Assembly: GCA_002794465.1 (NCBI GenBank)
Contig: MTSL01000186.1
Coordinates: 54,576-81,619, forward strand
DNA from: Paramicrosporidium saccamoebae KSL3
Lineage: Eukaryota; Fungi; Cryptomycota
DNA length: 27,044 nucleotides
Direction: 5' to 3'
The notes under the pieces were generated by a model. That model searched no databases, was not told the DNA's origin, and saw only the letters and a list, made by a program, of their open reading frames with translations. The first letter of the stretch is position 1; each line of letters opens with the position of its first letter. Below are positions 26,605-27,044 of the stretch, one piece after another. The translations under genes were made by a program, and so were the position numbers.

Positions 26605-27044
26605 CTAGTCGGAATCGTCTTCGTATGGTGGTGCCCCTTCGTCATTGATGGGAGGCAGGGCACACCATTTGGTGGAATCCACTCGCAATGATGCCCCAAC
26701 TACGACCTCGGTAGATACTTTCTTCTTCTGGTTTATTCCATAACCAAGGATTGCTGTCAAGATATACCGGCAATGAATTTCACGCGTGTTCACAGAGCAT
26801 TCCAGGTCTGCTGGTGTGGCCAAGTCCACGGTCTTTTCCAAAACTTCACCGGCTGCAAGAAGATTGCCAATCCACTTGGAGATGACCTTTGGTTTCGTAA
26901 AGCTGCTACCCTGCGCGCCAAGCGTAAGTTTTTGCTTCAACTGCAACAAAACAAACGCTGATGTCGATGTGCATTGAGAAGCATCCAGACAAATAACTGC
27001 GGTAATGGTCTCCCCAGGGAGGATCGTGTTGGTTTGCAAACTCA
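26605..27044 (-). CDS. Second arrestin-domain protein, C-terminal part (5' end beyond the window)
   Basis: ILPGETI, LKQKLTL, ECSVNTREIHCRYILTA match the arrestin C domain; the frame is open to the window edge; tail ends GAPPYEDDSD. Confidence 0.75.
   Translation of the reverse strand, partial: SLQTNTILPGETITAVICLDASQCTSTSAFVLLQLKQKLTLGAQGSSFTKPKVISKWIGNLLAAGEVLEKTVDLATPADLECSVNTREIHCRYILTAILGYGINQKKKVSTEVVVGASLRVDSTKWCALPPINDEGAPPYEDDSD

Noticed and set aside
1-27044. tRNA, rRNA, snoRNA or transposase genes
   Set aside because: By eye I found no cloverleaf or T-loop, rRNA-like tract, paired C/D boxes or transposase/RT motifs; a covariance-model scan would be needed to exclude small ncRNAs.

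Overview
Gene-dense eukaryotic DNA, not prokaryotic. I reconstruct 20 protein-coding genes (one cut by the right edge) with 17 coding-region spliceosomal introns, all 30-38 nt, so the ORF track fragments many genes. Order: PWWP/AT-hook/TFIIS-N protein, RPL30, mS35/RSM24, BRX1, MRM2-like FtsJ methyltransferase, SYF2, archaeal-type (ApgM) phosphoglycerate mutase, orphan LRR protein, ERV2, POP1, coronin, CLIP-170/Bik1-like protein, Crinkler-like NTPase-REase, clathrin light chain, NOC3, endosulfine, uL5m, SIP5-like RING protein, two tandem arrestins. Tiny introns, gaps down to 20-32 nt and retained mitoribosome, clathrin and coronin genes fit a compact early-diverging fungal relative (Rozellomycota-like, e.g. 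Paramicrosporidium/Mitosporidium; inference). Most notable: a lone, header-less Crinkler-type NTPase with a degenerate nuclease domain; a minimal LEDGF-like chromatin reader; a 32-nt dyad-symmetric head-to-head promoter; and intergenic gaps built from tandem duplications, minisatellites or palindromes. No tRNA, rRNA, CRISPR or intact transposon was recognised. All family assignments are by motif recognition from memory, not database searches.
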